This document shows, one piece after another, positions 1 to 19,649 of a stretch of DNA of 64,000 bases. Numbering within the stretch: the stretch's first letter is position 1; every line of letters begins with the position of its first letter. The stretch is from positions 21,700,001-21,764,000 of the forward strand of contig OZ281495.1 of NCBI GenBank assembly GCA_965637545.1, in the 5' to 3' direction. The DNA comes from Phallusia mammillata (Eukaryota). The position numbers were made by a program, and so were the translations under genes. The notes under the pieces are model-generated. The model searched no databases. It saw only the letters and a list, made by a program, of their open reading frames with translations, and had not been told where the DNA came from.

Positions 1-181
1 TACTCGATATAAAATGACTTGCTTAGTGTAGTTCGTCAAACCTTTTCTTACGGAATATGGTTAAATCTTGTCGCGACTTGTCAAAGCAAAACTACCGTAA
101 TATTGAATACCTAACTGGCATTTCTGACACCACGTCGTTAAACATTTTTGGCACTTAAGCTTTAAAATTCTCCCTTAGCAC

Positions 182-3074
182 CTTCACAGAGAGTTCCATT
201 TCCTGCAAAGCCGTCTTTGCATTTGCACGTGTAATTCCCGATTGAGTTTGTGCATGTTGCATTGACATGACATCCATCGATCTTTTCAGAACATTCGTTT
301 ACGTCTGCAAAGGACAAAACTTTTAGAATTGAACCCTGAAATGAAACAAACTTGGATTTGCCCATGCCTTTCGACCCATAAGTGCTCACCGGATAAACAG
401 ACTTATTTAAACTTTCTCGTGGTCTGGGGAAGCTTTTAAATATAAAACATATAAAGGTTAGCATAGAGTTCAATTTGGCATCGTTTTGTTTTGGTAAATG
501 TCATTGGGCGATAACTTCCATTGTGGTCATCACATTTTTGACACAGGTTTGTGACTATGACAGAAATTCTACTAACGAAAAATAGAAAATACCAATGGAT
601 AGTAATTTGCTAAATACCCACGGGTAGCGCAAAGAGCATTAAAGAATATTCGAAGCCAAACTGTGTGAAAATACTGACGGTTAGGGTTGTTAGGGTGAGG
701 TTTTGTAAAAAAACAAACAATAAACACAGCTTATAAACGTAGTTCCCAACAGATTTGATTACTTGTGCAACGAAGCAAACGTTTTGGCTCGATGAATATG
801 ATTAACCACTTATGTTTTTCGTTTATGTAAAACCGTTATGAAACCCTGACGAATGACAGTCCTTAAACACTTGCTAACATATCAAATTAGGGACCATAAT
901 GAAGTCACACGTTTTTTTTTAAATAAGGGCAACATTTCAAAAAGTATCAATCTTGTCAACCAGTGTTACAGCTAGCGGATGCTCATGCAACAACGCATCA
1001 CAAGTGAATTTCGCTGATGTAACACCATTTAAAAGAGTTTCGCAAAAATCAGTGATTAATGGAACTATTTTATGCGGGGTATGTTAATAACAGATCATCT
1101 ACCAAAATATCCAGTAAGTTGTCAAAACATCCAGCGATTGTAATAAATAGTCACTAACTCTTGTATCGATGCAATTGTTCCGATGGAAAAAACAAGTATA
1201 GTAAGTATATTAAATTTGATTTTCGTTGTAATGTTTTATGGCGTTATGATTACAACTTTTTTACCTGTACATTCCCCTCCGTTTGTGCGAAAACCCGTAT
1301 CGCATTGACAAGTGTAACTGCCCATACTGTTCGTGCATGTCGAATGAGACTGGCAAGCATTCAACGGTGATTCACATTCGTTCACATCTAAAAATGTCAG
1401 TGTTAAACTTGTGTATAAAATATGCCGAGTCACACTGTTAACAAGTCACTGGATGCTTCTGCAACCGAGATAAGGGGATGCGGTCGTTTTGAAGTGAAAA
1501 CAATTTGACCCTTATCTCAAACTGCAGCGCTTATTGGGTTTCGTTTGAAGCAGAAAAACACACAAGGTTCGGTCATACAGCCCCAGGCGCCTCTTGCTTT
1601 TTAAGATTGTCAAAAATGAAAAAAAAACTTTAGGGAAGTTCATTTAACTGCGCTTCGATAATTTGGCTGAGGTCGCGTGCTGCGAAAGTTTGAGAATCAC
1701 TTTGCAAAAATTATTCGTTAGCGTACAAACTTAAACCGTTCAAAAAAAGTTAAAGTAAAAAAAGTTGTGTATAACCAGAACATCCATTTTTAAGTCGTTG
1801 CTAAAACGCAAACACCGCCAACCTTCGCATCTTGATCCAATGACTTCGAAACCGCTTTGACACGCGCAGGCAAGACCATTCCATATCGCACCATCAACAC
1901 ATCCATGATACTCCGCTTCGCACAATTGACCATCTATTTTAATAAAACAAATAGTAGGCACTACATAAACACAATAGAGAACTGATGTTATGTTTGAATG
2001 AGGCACTAAAGATGCTAAATAGGCGCACCATGAAATTCTATACTCGGAACTGAGTATACTTTCGTTTAAACCAACGGTATACATCTAAGTTGTTTCAATT
2101 GCCTATATATTTGATATGCTTACACATAGTTGTAACTTGTAAGCAGACCAAAAATTCGAACCCGAACCCGGATCGTTTTTGAGAAGCCCGTTTTGGTCCG
2201 AAAGTTTGATTGACAGGCATCTATAAATCCCTACAAAAGGCACTTCTGCACAGCATACAATTAAAAACGGCGTTTTATAGGGATGTTGGGTATTAGATGA
2301 AGTACAGCAACTAGATGCTTTTGGGTAATTTTATTTTTAACGGACAAAGGACACAGAATTTAAAGTCGGGCCCGAATCAAGCCCGTTTGTTTGACAAAAC
2401 CTATAGGCCCAAACCCGGCCCGAACCCGACCCGAAAAGCCCGACCCGACTTACAACTCTGTGCTTACATACTTTTTCTCCTGTCTGTGGCTTATCATCTT
2501 CATTTCTAACAAAATTAAACTTACCAATGCAATTTTCTTGATCAACCTGGCATTCTGTGCTCTTGGCGTTAGAGGAACTAGGCGGACTTAGCGGATCTGT
2601 GTTCAAAGACACGTCACGTGAGCAAACGCGTGTAGAAATTATGATGTTAAACTACCTAGCAGCTTACCGAACCTTGCCCTCCATGTTAAAACCACATCAG
2701 TTTGCCACCAAGTTTTGACTTCTTCCAGTCGCGTTACGTCAGCACTGAATTCACACCTTGAGATCGAAGTGGGCAGGACTGCAAATGTGTCCCCAAATTT
2801 GGCACTTCCTGCCACCGTCGCGTCTATACCTGCTGGCTTCTTGCAAAACGAGTGTTGGAAATCCACTGTGACAGACTTTGTCGGATCAACCTTGTTTTCT
2901 CCGACCGTATACGTACCATTACAGAAAGCTGCAATACAAACGTAATTCGTGTAATGATTTTAAGTACCTTGCGAGCCTAATACATGGTATTTATGGATGT
3001 GTATAACAAAGCTCACCTTCAATCGTTTTCCAGTTTGACAACAGCACTAAAGCGATGAACCATAAAGTATCCAT
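182..3074 (-). CDS. Adhesion-GPCR paralog F, 5' part only (signal peptide, X module, EGF/EGF-Ca exons); continues beyond the left edge
   Basis: Signal exon 3017-3074 MDTLWFIALVLLSNWKTIE|gtgag. Phase 1-1 X exon 2668-2928. EGF-like exons near 2525-2590 and 1825-1930. EGF-Ca exons near 1265-1390 (DVNECESPLNAC...) and 182-304 (DVNECSEKIDGC...). GAIN/7TM is not in the window, so GPCR identity is inferred from paralogy. Confidence 0.75.
2125..2460. mobile_element. hAT-type non-autonomous element (MITE) with ACCCGA subterminal repeats
   Basis: 8-bp TSD TGCTTACA (2117-2124 and 2461-2468). Termini CATAGTTGTAA / TTACAACTCTG. A related left end appears to start at ~44614. Confidence 0.8.
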
Positions 3075-4684
3075 TAACTGAACCGATTTGACAAGAAAAC
3101 ACAGAGGTCAAGTTACAGTGCACAATCTATCACCCAATGGCATCAACACAGTTTATGCTATATTGGTGAACAAAAATGCTGGAGTGGTACTCTTTATAAT
3201 AGCCTCCACCAGCGCGTAAATTTCGTCACGTGGTGAACTGAAGAATAAATGTCAAACTGCTGTGTATAGTTTCATTGGACACGCGTAAACAATGTAATGT
3301 TTCTCGGAAGCTTGTGTAGCCTAATCTGTCAAGTCAAACTGACAATTAGTAGCTCAACTTGGAACTATCCGAACAACACACACAAATGCAAGGCAAAACA
3401 TTTTTGGTCAATAAGACGAACTTGATCCCTTCTTTACGTCTAATAAAACTTCAGCTAGACTTGACGAGTAATATTTTTTGAAAGACTTTATTGCAAACGA
3501 ACACCAGCTTGTGGAGAAGCGTACGACCACATACTGCGTAGTAGCAGTTTTCGACAGTTAAATGTGGATTCGTTTCAGGCTAAACTAAATGTGTTGATCG
3601 TGATCAAGCTTTTAAATTTGACCAATGACTAATACACCTCACCATACAACGGGCAAAACAACATTTAAGCCACTTCTATCAAATCGTATCAAGCCTGAGG
3701 ACTAATTTTTAATGTTTACGTGCGACACGACTGCGAAACTTTCATGACGTATACGTAGAGCTACCACCATGGATCGCTAGCTCTGTTTATGGTTAATCAG
3801 TTGTGTGACGTGACTTTTATTTGTCTGAGATAAGTACATTTCATTCACGGAAGCTTGCATAGCTTACGTACTGGGCCCGTTTGAATGCAAAGTTCAATTT
3901 TCACGTTCAATAATAAGGAAACTTTTTTGTGTCACACAGAATTATTTGAAAATATATCAAAGTGTTTGAATTAAAATCGTTTAGATTGGAAGTTTAAAAC
4001 AAAAAAGAAGACATTTTCGGTCGCACGGAACACACTTTGTCGAATTTTCATAATAAGCGTTTTATATGCAGCTTAATTCGTTGATATTTTGGATCATTTG
4101 ATGGATTTGTTTTTGAATTTCTTAGCAGGGCGTGTCGGATGCTTGCGACTAAATTTGCGCTCGTGCCAAATAAGAAGCAATTACGTCACACATATCACGC
4201 GAAGGACGGTGTGACGTTGCGAGACTTGTAGCCAAGTTGTGGCAAACCACGCAACCCATCTTCCCCTATATGTCCGTGCGCAAGTGTCAATCCACTATAA
4301 GCAATATTAATATGCTAAGTAGATGCGATTCTGATTGTGAGCTGAATGGACTTCTGATTGTTAAATTGATCTTCATGGTTACGTTTTGTAGGTAAGCTAG
4401 ATTACTTTAAGTTTTTTCGGCGTTCCTATTTTATTTGCCAAAGCACATCACATTCTAGTTCGTTTTATAGTACTTGTGTACATGTTGTTGTGAATTCAAT
4501 GCAAGTAATTCACATCGTCAAACATAGCAGAAATATGGCGTAATGCCTTAAAGTGACATTCGAAAACGCGGCACTGCACATAGTTGGAAAAGAACTTTCA
4601 AATACGAAGAAACAGTGAAGTCAAGTTTTTTGTACAAAAAATACATTAATTCAAATACCAAACTAAAAGTTTAACTTTTTCTAA

Positions 4685-10413
<5,729 letters not shown>

Positions 10414-11678
10414 AATGGTCCAATGCCGTAACTAGCAGCATAAGGACTTGCCCAAAACGAGTACGCTGATCCTGTTCGTTTCTCCACCTTGTGCGTTTAA
10501 CTGAACATTTAAACGCAGTTTTACGTTTCAGTCTGTTTCGTCATACGTTTTTTCGTACATCATTGCCGTTGTACATTTTGACGACTTCCGTCGCTTGATT
10601 GAAACCACCGGCATATAATGTCTGGATGTCAGCAAGTGTCAAGGGTTTAACCGGAGGTCACACTCTTCCAATTCATTTTATGTGAATAATGTGAAATCCA
10701 AGTTGTCTACTGCGGTCATTACTAAAATATGAAGAGTACAATGCGAGGCGACTAAGAGGTTGTTGCTCCCAAAAATTCTATTACAATGTGAACATATTTT
10801 TGTGGTCTGAAAACCTTTGTAGAAAATCAAAAAAACTATTGTAGTTCATTTTACCCAATGAAAATAAATGTACTTAAACTAGCACTAATGCAAAACGTAG
10901 ACTACGCTGATTTGTTCATTGTATTAAAAAATATTTTTATAATGCGATTATTCTTTCAGACAAACCAGAATACAAAGTGATCATAATGCAAAGCTTTTCT
11001 ATTTAGTCGGGCCAGTATTGGTTCAAAAAATCCAAAACTTTTTTATTGACTTAGGTCTTTTGCGTGCTTTGAAGCTTCTTTAAGTCCGTCGGGAGAGGAT
11101 GTTGATTGTTGTTTGGTAAAAACACGACAGATGTAATGAACTCCTGTGCTTATGACAGTATAAAGCATCCATGTTGTGTAAGTTCTTACACAAAGAAAAC
11201 AATTTGTCTGGCGAAACAAAGGACATCTATTTACAGAACCGTTTATTTTCAGAAAACATATAAGCAGTTAAAATGCAAAGAAAAAGAATCCGCAGCCGAG
11301 ACCAATAAACGCGACAATTTAGATGTAAAATTATTATTAAATTTTGGGAATGTACTCGGTGGTCCCAAACTTTTGTAAATTTCCGACACTAAAGTTCAAG
11401 AAAAGATGTACAAACTTGGTAATAGGGATCAAAACAAAAGCGTACTATACATTTAGAACGAAAAAGCACATTTCTATCCTAGTCTATCCTACATTTGATA
11501 CGACATCAGAGCAAGCTGGGGAAAACTTGTAGGACGCTCTGATTTTGTTATACAGTAAGTGCATTTACAAATCGTTATTGCACAGTAATGTTACAGTAAA
11601 AACAATCATTTTACAGCGTTTAAAATGCTTCAACAAAAGACAAAAATTATATTAGAGCAGATTGTGCCCTATATAACT

Positions 11679-14600
11679 TTACGACTGTGTGCTTTGAAAC
11701 GTTTCTTTGTAAGACTGAGAGTTGGTACCCAATCCACGGCTGCCAGATGTAGATGAAGTATTCTGGGATACAATCGAACGAATCGGAACCCACCAAATCT
11801 TACGCAATTCAGGGGAGCGAACAGATGTGAGAAAAAATATCACTACCCCCTACAACAACAAAAACCATGTACTTAATGGAGGCTTGTTTATTTGTGGCAA
11901 CTTTGCATCCTCAAATTACCTGCAAGGTGTTAAATATTGCGAAAAGCCAACTCATAATGCTGAAGTAGATCTCGTCGTTCGAGATAAGCATGAGATATCC
12001 GAACACCCAGGTCATCCCCATGATAGCTGACATGCTCGAAGCGATAATAAACATTTGTTTGTTTGTTCGCTTCATGGAGCTTGTTTGTGCCTGAGTGTAT
12101 TTTGCAATAAAAAAACGCAGTATTTTTAGTGTTTGTACAACTTACCTCAATATTTTTGCAGGAAATTTCACGCAATACAGTCACGAAAACTCCTAAGTTG
12201 AACAGGAAGAGAATTCCCACGGGAAGAAGAAATGCAAAGTTCAAAGAATGTCCGGTTAACCAGCACATATTTTCAGCGCGATACGTCGAATAGAAAATAT
12301 TGGCGTCATCTAAATCGGAAATACGTTTGATTCGACCTTATGATATTTATCATTTGTATGACGTCGTTAGACAGGGGTTTAACGTACGTTAAGCAATTCG
12401 CCCCTCTTGATGACCTCTATGACTGTTTAAATTGAAATGTCATCGTATTAAAGGTTTACGTTATCAATTAAACAAATCGGCCAACAATTTAATCAATTGA
12501 ACGCGAATTGAGAAGTTATGATTACTAAAGATAATAATCAGAATGCCAAAAATGTGATGCGTCGTAAGGTTTCAAAAGTCTTAAGGTTCTTCATGATTGC
12601 AGTAAATAATTTTAAACCTTGTTCTTACGTTGGAATTATCCGCTTCAAGCAACGCCAAAAATGATGCTAATCAATATTGTACAGTGTTATAATGACTGAG
12701 TTAGCCTGCGAAGTTGTTACGAACCTTCGTTACACAAATTGGTAGCAACTTTTGATCGATGATCGGCGTATCCCAATGTTAAAGCAAGAGTCAGACTGAC
12801 GACAACCAGTGGAGAGCCGTATGAAAATGCGGAAACGCGTTGAAGAAATCCCCCAGTATCTTCCCTGAACACCTGTAGGTATTTAAAATGTACCAAATGT
12901 ATCGCGGTTATTGATAGTCACTGTACCTACAGCGTGTTCTAAGGATCAAACACTATGTTCGCTATTAGCGTTAGCTATTCACTTTACAACAATATTTTGC
13001 GAAGCTATTCTTGTCTTGGCCGCTATTTTCTACTGTTGATCAATAACATTTAGGCCAATTAGTCAGTAATACCTTAACAACAGACATGTACATGTCGTAG
13101 CTGTACACGGCCATCCAGCACCAGGTGGTAAGCATGAAGTAGTGTAACAGTACAGCTACCAGCGTGCAAGCGTGGCCTGCGTTTGCTCGGGAAACTCCAG
13201 TGACAAAAATCAGGTATACGACCAGCAGGTTGCAGCAAATGTTTATGAGAATCTTTGCAGGGCGGCGGCGTCGGAGTTCACTGCAGAAATTGAATTGTTA
13301 CATTAAATGGTTGATATGTGTTTAGATATTTTGAGTTTTACCGATGAAGGCAATGCACGATGATTGTGAAAGCCAGACCAAGAATAGAAAGGATGCAACC
13401 AACGTCACTGACAATGTCAAGTGCTACGTCACTAGGAACAATCTTTGAATTCTGCATTACAATTATCAACGATTAAAAATATATATATATATATGTGAAA
13501 CAAAATAAAAGACAAATAATTGTGCTCAAACCATTTTCTAACGTACATGTGAATATAATCGATGTTGTCATTATTATTTAATTTTTAAGATTACAAAAAA
13601 ATGTCAAGAAAGGTTACGTTGCATTTGAGTGATACTTCTGTACTTACGACGAGTAAGGCAAAGTTTGTGAGATGATTGCAGCGACATTCCTTTGGGTCCG
13701 TAGAATGATCCAGACAACATCCATTTGTCGACCACGCGCTTCGATTAAAATCCCAATGCACACATTCCAATGTGGTTCTCGCTGCCTACATGGTATATAC
13801 GGTTTATCAATTCAACCTGTTTAAATAGTCTCTACAGAAAAGCATATATAATGGATTTGGCCAAATGCCACGGTTTACTACCATGAAAGAGTTATCGGTT
13901 GCAGTCTTTTCTCCATAATTAGCAGCCTCTCCTGGATGTTGTATCTTTACCGGATCTGTTAGATTATTCACCGGACTTCCGTCTCCAAGCTCAGCGGATA
14001 TAACCTAAACCACAACGGATGTTCACAGAAACGTTGTTGCTCACTCTGTTAAAAAATGAACGTACCGAAACATTTTCGGAGTCAAACAAAGTTGATCTGT
14101 CGTAATATATAAAAGCTGAGCGTACAGTGGTTGGTTGTGAAGAGTTAGTCGAACGCTTGCCCCGAGTTTGTGTAAATTTTGCAATTGCGGTTGCTGGAAT
14201 GTTGATCACAGGTGGATTGAATGTATTTAAATTGCTTGAAAGCGCAGGTTCAAAAACAACTGGGTCCTTGCTGTTGACATATATATCTTGTACCTGCGTA
14301 AAAATATGGATAAACCACAGTATTACGCGAGCAAAAGCCCCCCTGATTTTTTTGATTTTTTGCATTTTTTCGTTAGTTGAAAAAACAACACTGTTTATAA
14401 TGTTGCACCTTGACAGAAATAGATTCAGTAGCAAAAGTAAATGTTTCGTTTGGGGTGTCAAGATTAACTTGTAACAGTAGCGCTGATATTGCTCGCACAA
14501 CTTCAGTTCGTTGTGATCGGAGTAACACGGACGAACTTCGAAATATATTGCTGGCTGTCAATATTGTTGAATTGGCAAGACTAGATGTAACCTGATGACA

Positions 14601-17600
14601 GAAAAGATTTTGTTGGCATTGGTTATCCGTCAAAAGGAAAGAAAGTAAAAATAGGATGGGACTCACATTTATATTTCCTGCTGATGCTGCTTTCGATATA
14701 TTGCCAATAAATTGAGCTGCAATGTTAATCACACCAGGAGTTAGAGCTTGTGGATCGGATGTAATTTCACCAAGTAGAAGTGAGACTGTCTCCGTTGCAG
14801 TTGTGCTTGTTGTGGCATTTGCGATTGACTGAATTAACAACATCCTATTAGATTTTGTAATCACACCTGTCTTACATTTATCTCATACAGTGATGTGTAT
14901 GATGAATATTTAAAAGCGATTTGGAAACTTGGCTCTAGCTTGTTGTGGAAACAGCAGTAATGTGAGTGTAATGAATATTATATAACACACCTGTTGAATG
15001 GCGTCTTCGCAGGCTGTTTTGTTTGTGGTGCATACAGATTGAAGCACACCCTTACCTAATACAACACAATTGTTTACAAACTTGCCTGCAAACGTTTTTT
15101 TATTACATTAACAAAAGTTTGCTCTTACTCACATATTTTCCCCTCTAAATGGTAACCTGCATTGCAAATACAATTGTAGCTGCCGTTCGTATTCACACAC
15201 AGGGCATTGCTGCCACATTGCGAGGAACTATCACACTCGTCTATATCTGCAAGTAGTTTTTGTTAAATTTAATCTTTAAAACTAATTGTGGCATTTTTAA
15301 ATTAGCCTCATAATACAACATCATAATACACTAAGTTTTACCTGTTTTACAATGAAGTTGCATTGCACCTGATTCTATTATACACATGTGGGTAAACGGG
15401 CGGTTGATTCAATAAACCAACTTTGATTTATTGCAAAGACATTTCAATAATAAAGAAAGTTAAGGACTGTGCTCGTTTGTTGAACCTTCATGTTTTTTGT
15501 ACAACGATGCGAACTCTCTGGATTATTTACTTTTATGTTTTCCAATGCATCGTAAGATTTTTTAGTCTTTTTGACGTGTATTACTGTGTAAAATGCACCA
15601 ACCTTTGCAAAAATTTCCGTTTAATTGATAACCGGAGTTACAGTGGCAGGTGTAATTGCCTTCGGTATTAACACAGTGGCTGTTGTTCCAACATTGTTGT
15701 GCATTATCGCATTCATTAATATCTGTCGAAAACGCGTTAGTGGTTACCTTAGTAAAACATCACAACGTTTAGCCTTACTCAGAATGTATCAATTGATAAC
15801 AAACCTATACATTGCGTTCTGTTTCCAGTAAATCTGTTTAGATACACGCAGTTGTGGGAGCCCAAGGTGTTGACGCAGGAACAATTAGAAGAACAGCTGC
15901 TGGCATTTGTTTTGCACTCATCAATATCTGCGTGCATGTACATGTACATTACATACATCAAAATATTGCTCAAGTGGCGGTTTAATGCGATTGACAAATT
16001 TGTTTTTTGAATTTTTATTGCTGTTGGTTTAGTTTCGCGTCCACTCAACGCTCCTCGAAGTGTACGACAGTAACTAAACCATTAAAGCAATAGTAAATGA
16101 TCCGTCTGCGCGTTCTAAGTGTCGGCTACTATTTATAAATCTCTTTTGACCCGTTTGAGACATTTTTTTTCCTTTTGTTGATAAGGTGACCTTTTATTAA
16201 TTATGCTATTAGGCTAAATTGTTTTAGTTTTGATTAAAATTACCAGAATCTTACGTAGAGCCGCGCAATACTTCTTTATTGACTTCAACGCAGTTATAGA
16301 CCGTTTACAATTACCAGCTTACCAATTACCAGTTATTTCAGGCAACTTAATGACCGTATTCTCCACATGTGTGAAGTATAAACCGGGACGAAATATTTCA
16401 AATCTGACTAGCAACTAAACGTCCTCGATTATATATCACGAATAAAAAACGTCTACCTTGGCAATATTTGACGGTCTTATTCCAAACAAATCCTTTTGGA
16501 CACAAACAGTCGTAACTTCCATAGTGGTTTGTGCAATTAACTTCGGTTGCGTTCTTGTAAATGTCTTTGTGGGGTCCGTGACTTTCCACAACGCACGGCG
16601 ACTCAATACATTCATTCACATCTGAAGACGTATGTTATAACTTATAACTTATATTGTGCAAGTGGTAGCTTTCCCAGTGCGCCATTTTTTTGCTATGTAC
16701 AGGATATAAATATTTTGTATAATTTTTACATATATTTTGCAAACCTTTGCATGTAACTTTATTGTTTTCATCTTTTGTTGTGTTGTATCCTTCCGGACAT
16801 GAGCAGTTAAAGCTTCCAATTGTATTGTTGCACTGTGGCGTTTCAGTGGTGTTGTGGAAAAAACGGCAATATCCAGATATTTTACATTCGTCTTTATCTG
16901 CAAAAACATTACTGTATTAGTTCTCAAATGCTCGAATAATCACTACTTTTGTAAATCGAAATTGCGACACCCGCAAACATTTATCAATTTTATTGGGGAT
17001 CGCAAGTGTGCATTAAAGTAAAAACAGTTTTAAAAAAATACATTTTCAAATAGTTTTTTTTTTACTAGAATAAGCGCAAGATTGTTTCCGTAAAACCAAC
17101 AGTGGGTAGTCCACTTAAATTGAAACTGCGCTGCGTATATTCAGTACTCTTTGACCTTTGAACTATCCATAATAATTAGAAATGTATTTACGTACCTGTA
17201 CAATTAATGCTATTGGCTGTAAACCCTTCTGTGCAGTTGCATATGTAGTCATTACATTCGGCCCCTGTTAAGCACGTCGAGTCTGCAAAACATGTACAAA
17301 ATTGTACCTATATTCGTTTAAGTTATGTATCCAAGATTTATTACCTGAGTTGTTTAAGAATTCATTCCATTGGATCGTATAATTGTCCCTCCACCAGCAT
17401 TTTTTGTCCGTCGACAGATTAAAACTTACGAAATTGCTCTCGTTGTGCAATAAATGAAATTCAATGTTATCGCTTCCAAAATTAATTTGGCCACATGATA
17501 TCGGTTTGCTGCAAAACCTTCGAGACATCGTAATGTTTAGAAACGTCCATTTCGAATTGCGGCTACTACCAATCATCGTTTTTCCATATGTTCCTTTAAA

Positions 17601-18812
17601 ATAATACAGTGTAAAATTTGTGTAACGTTCTTGTATTCAATACAATGTGAGGTTTAATAAAGTAACTAGTTTGTTGTCGAGATGCAGAGAGTTAATTACT
17701 GCAATCTTGTAATATTATGCGCATTGCTTACTTTATTCACGGCACAAAAAGAACTTTGTGCGTTAATCTACATCAGACAAATAACAACGTACCTGGAATC
17801 TGACAAATGAATAACGCTATTGTACTTCCGTCAGTCCATTCCGTTCTGTTGCTGGTTCTGTTAAAAGTGCGACATTGCGTCGCATTACTACCCATGACGT
17901 AAAATTTTCCCGATTTTTCTGAAGCAAAACAGTGTGTTTAGTGGGTACGACCAAACACGAACCGATGGACAAGATAGCATGGAAATATTAAAGGACAACA
18001 TGTATCATTTGAAAGTGCAGGTTATGTTAAAAAATACAATATTTTGTTCAGTAAACGGTTTGCTTATCATATTTTGTGTTTTTAGTTAAAATATCAGACA
18101 GAATGGCAGATTTGTCTATTTTTGTTGCCCATTGTTTATACGTGACACGACCAGAGAAGGTACGTGTCAATTTCATGCAACGACGTCTACTATCACAATA
18201 GCCACAACAATTCTAAGCATTACCAGCTTCGATTGTGTTGGTTTGGCTATCACATGTGAAATTGGAAATACTTCGTTGTGTCAGTGTCCGAGCAAATTGC
18301 AGGTAGTCTTCCGTTAAGTTAAATAGTGTTCCGTTATATTTCTTACACTGTAGTTCGGCGGATGAACAATTGACACCATGATCCCCCACAAAATACACAA
18401 CATCGTCAACTTGATAGACGGATCCTGAAATGTAAGTAGATGAAACACACATCTGGTTGAATTTGACATTGCTTTACAGCAGGTTGTCAAACTGGCCAAA
18501 TTAGTTGATATAGCAACCAACTTTAATGGAATGATCGGTGCACATTTTAAAGCTTTAGTGTTTCATTAAGCCAATCTTCTTGACATGTTCTCCGCCCTAG
18601 TCATTCTTTATCAAGCTCTAGTTGCTACATGATTCACCTCACGGTTATCCATCCGGTGTATAGTCACATCGGCACAATAACAAAGTTAAACAAAATGGGT
18701 AACAAAATGTAAAACAAAACTATACACCTCTTTGTGCCACCACAACATAGCAACCGAAAGTACAAAAAGTTATCCACGCTAAGTATCGGTTTATGCTGCG
18801 TTTTGTTTTCAT
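11679..18812 (-). CDS. Adhesion GPCR paralog D (SP-CTL-like-X-6 EGF-GAIN-7TM), complete
   Basis: Signal exon 18728-18812 MKTKRSINRYLAWITFCTFGCYVVVAQR. CTL exons ~18235-18424 and ~17793-17920, X exon 17345-17593, EGF exons ~15130-17285. GPS exon 13648-13785 ([13 protein letters not shown]), TM2-3 exon 13073-13280, TM6-7 exon ~11927-12100. Stop after ...FQSTQS at 11679. Confidence 0.94.
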
Positions 18813-19649
18813 TGTTCCCACACAGCTAAGTTGTTATTATTGTTGTTGTTGCTGTTGTTTCCACTTCAACCAGTAACTATTGTAGTTCAACGTCAAAACT
18901 GTCGTCCAAAATATGTTTACTGAAAAAAGACACACTTTTTTGCAAATAGCTGCCTTCCTACGAGCTGTAAGCTGTAAAACTCTAAATGCTTGAGTACGTA
19001 AGGTTCCTGTATCGTTTACATTCACGCGATCACTTTGATTAATGGCTTAGTCAGATCATCATTCGTTACTTGCTCCCTCGCTAAAATATAGGAAGTTGGC
19101 AAATTACAGTATACAGAGTGCTTCTGGTTTCTCAATTGTTCAATTGAGCGATGCAGCAGTGACGTTTGGTAGCTGTTTTTCTCAATAACTAGACGTCGTT
19201 TTTGTCTTCTTGATGACACTGCCCTCACTAAATATAACGTAAAGCAACCTATTTAGTGTTGCTGGTAATTTCTATATATGACTGACTACCTGACGCACCC
19301 ACAGTGCTAACCTCTTAAGGATACGAACATGTCTACCTGTTTGTCAATGAAAAAAAACACAATGCTAAGACACGCCTTAAGATTTATCACGATGGTATAA
19401 AATACCTTTTGTGAACTTTTATAACTGAAATTGTTGTTGTTTTTTGGGACATAACTGTATTAGAACTTTCTTGTGTAATACATGTTACACATACAAACAC
19501 AAATAAATAATCCAATATAACACTTTAGATGTATAAATATTTATATCATCTTAGTCACAGCTTACCCACAGTGCTATATTCACATGCATATTTCACACAT
19601 TCAGCGCTAATTATAACGTACACAGAATTGCATTCGCTTCATCGAAATT

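Noticed and set aside
670-700. TTAGGG-like hexamers as interstitial telomere
   Set aside because: Only two imperfect units; more likely a repeat-element remnant.
14127-14595. Plus-strand ORFs over GPCR exons (e.g. 14127-14474, 21635-22114, 33094-33444)
   Set aside because: Antisense shadows of real minus-strand exons, with no recognisable motifs or splice logic.
19022-19228. 68-aa minus-strand ORF between genes C and D
   Set aside because: GTG start, no homology or splice support; lies in the presumed promoter/UTR spacer.
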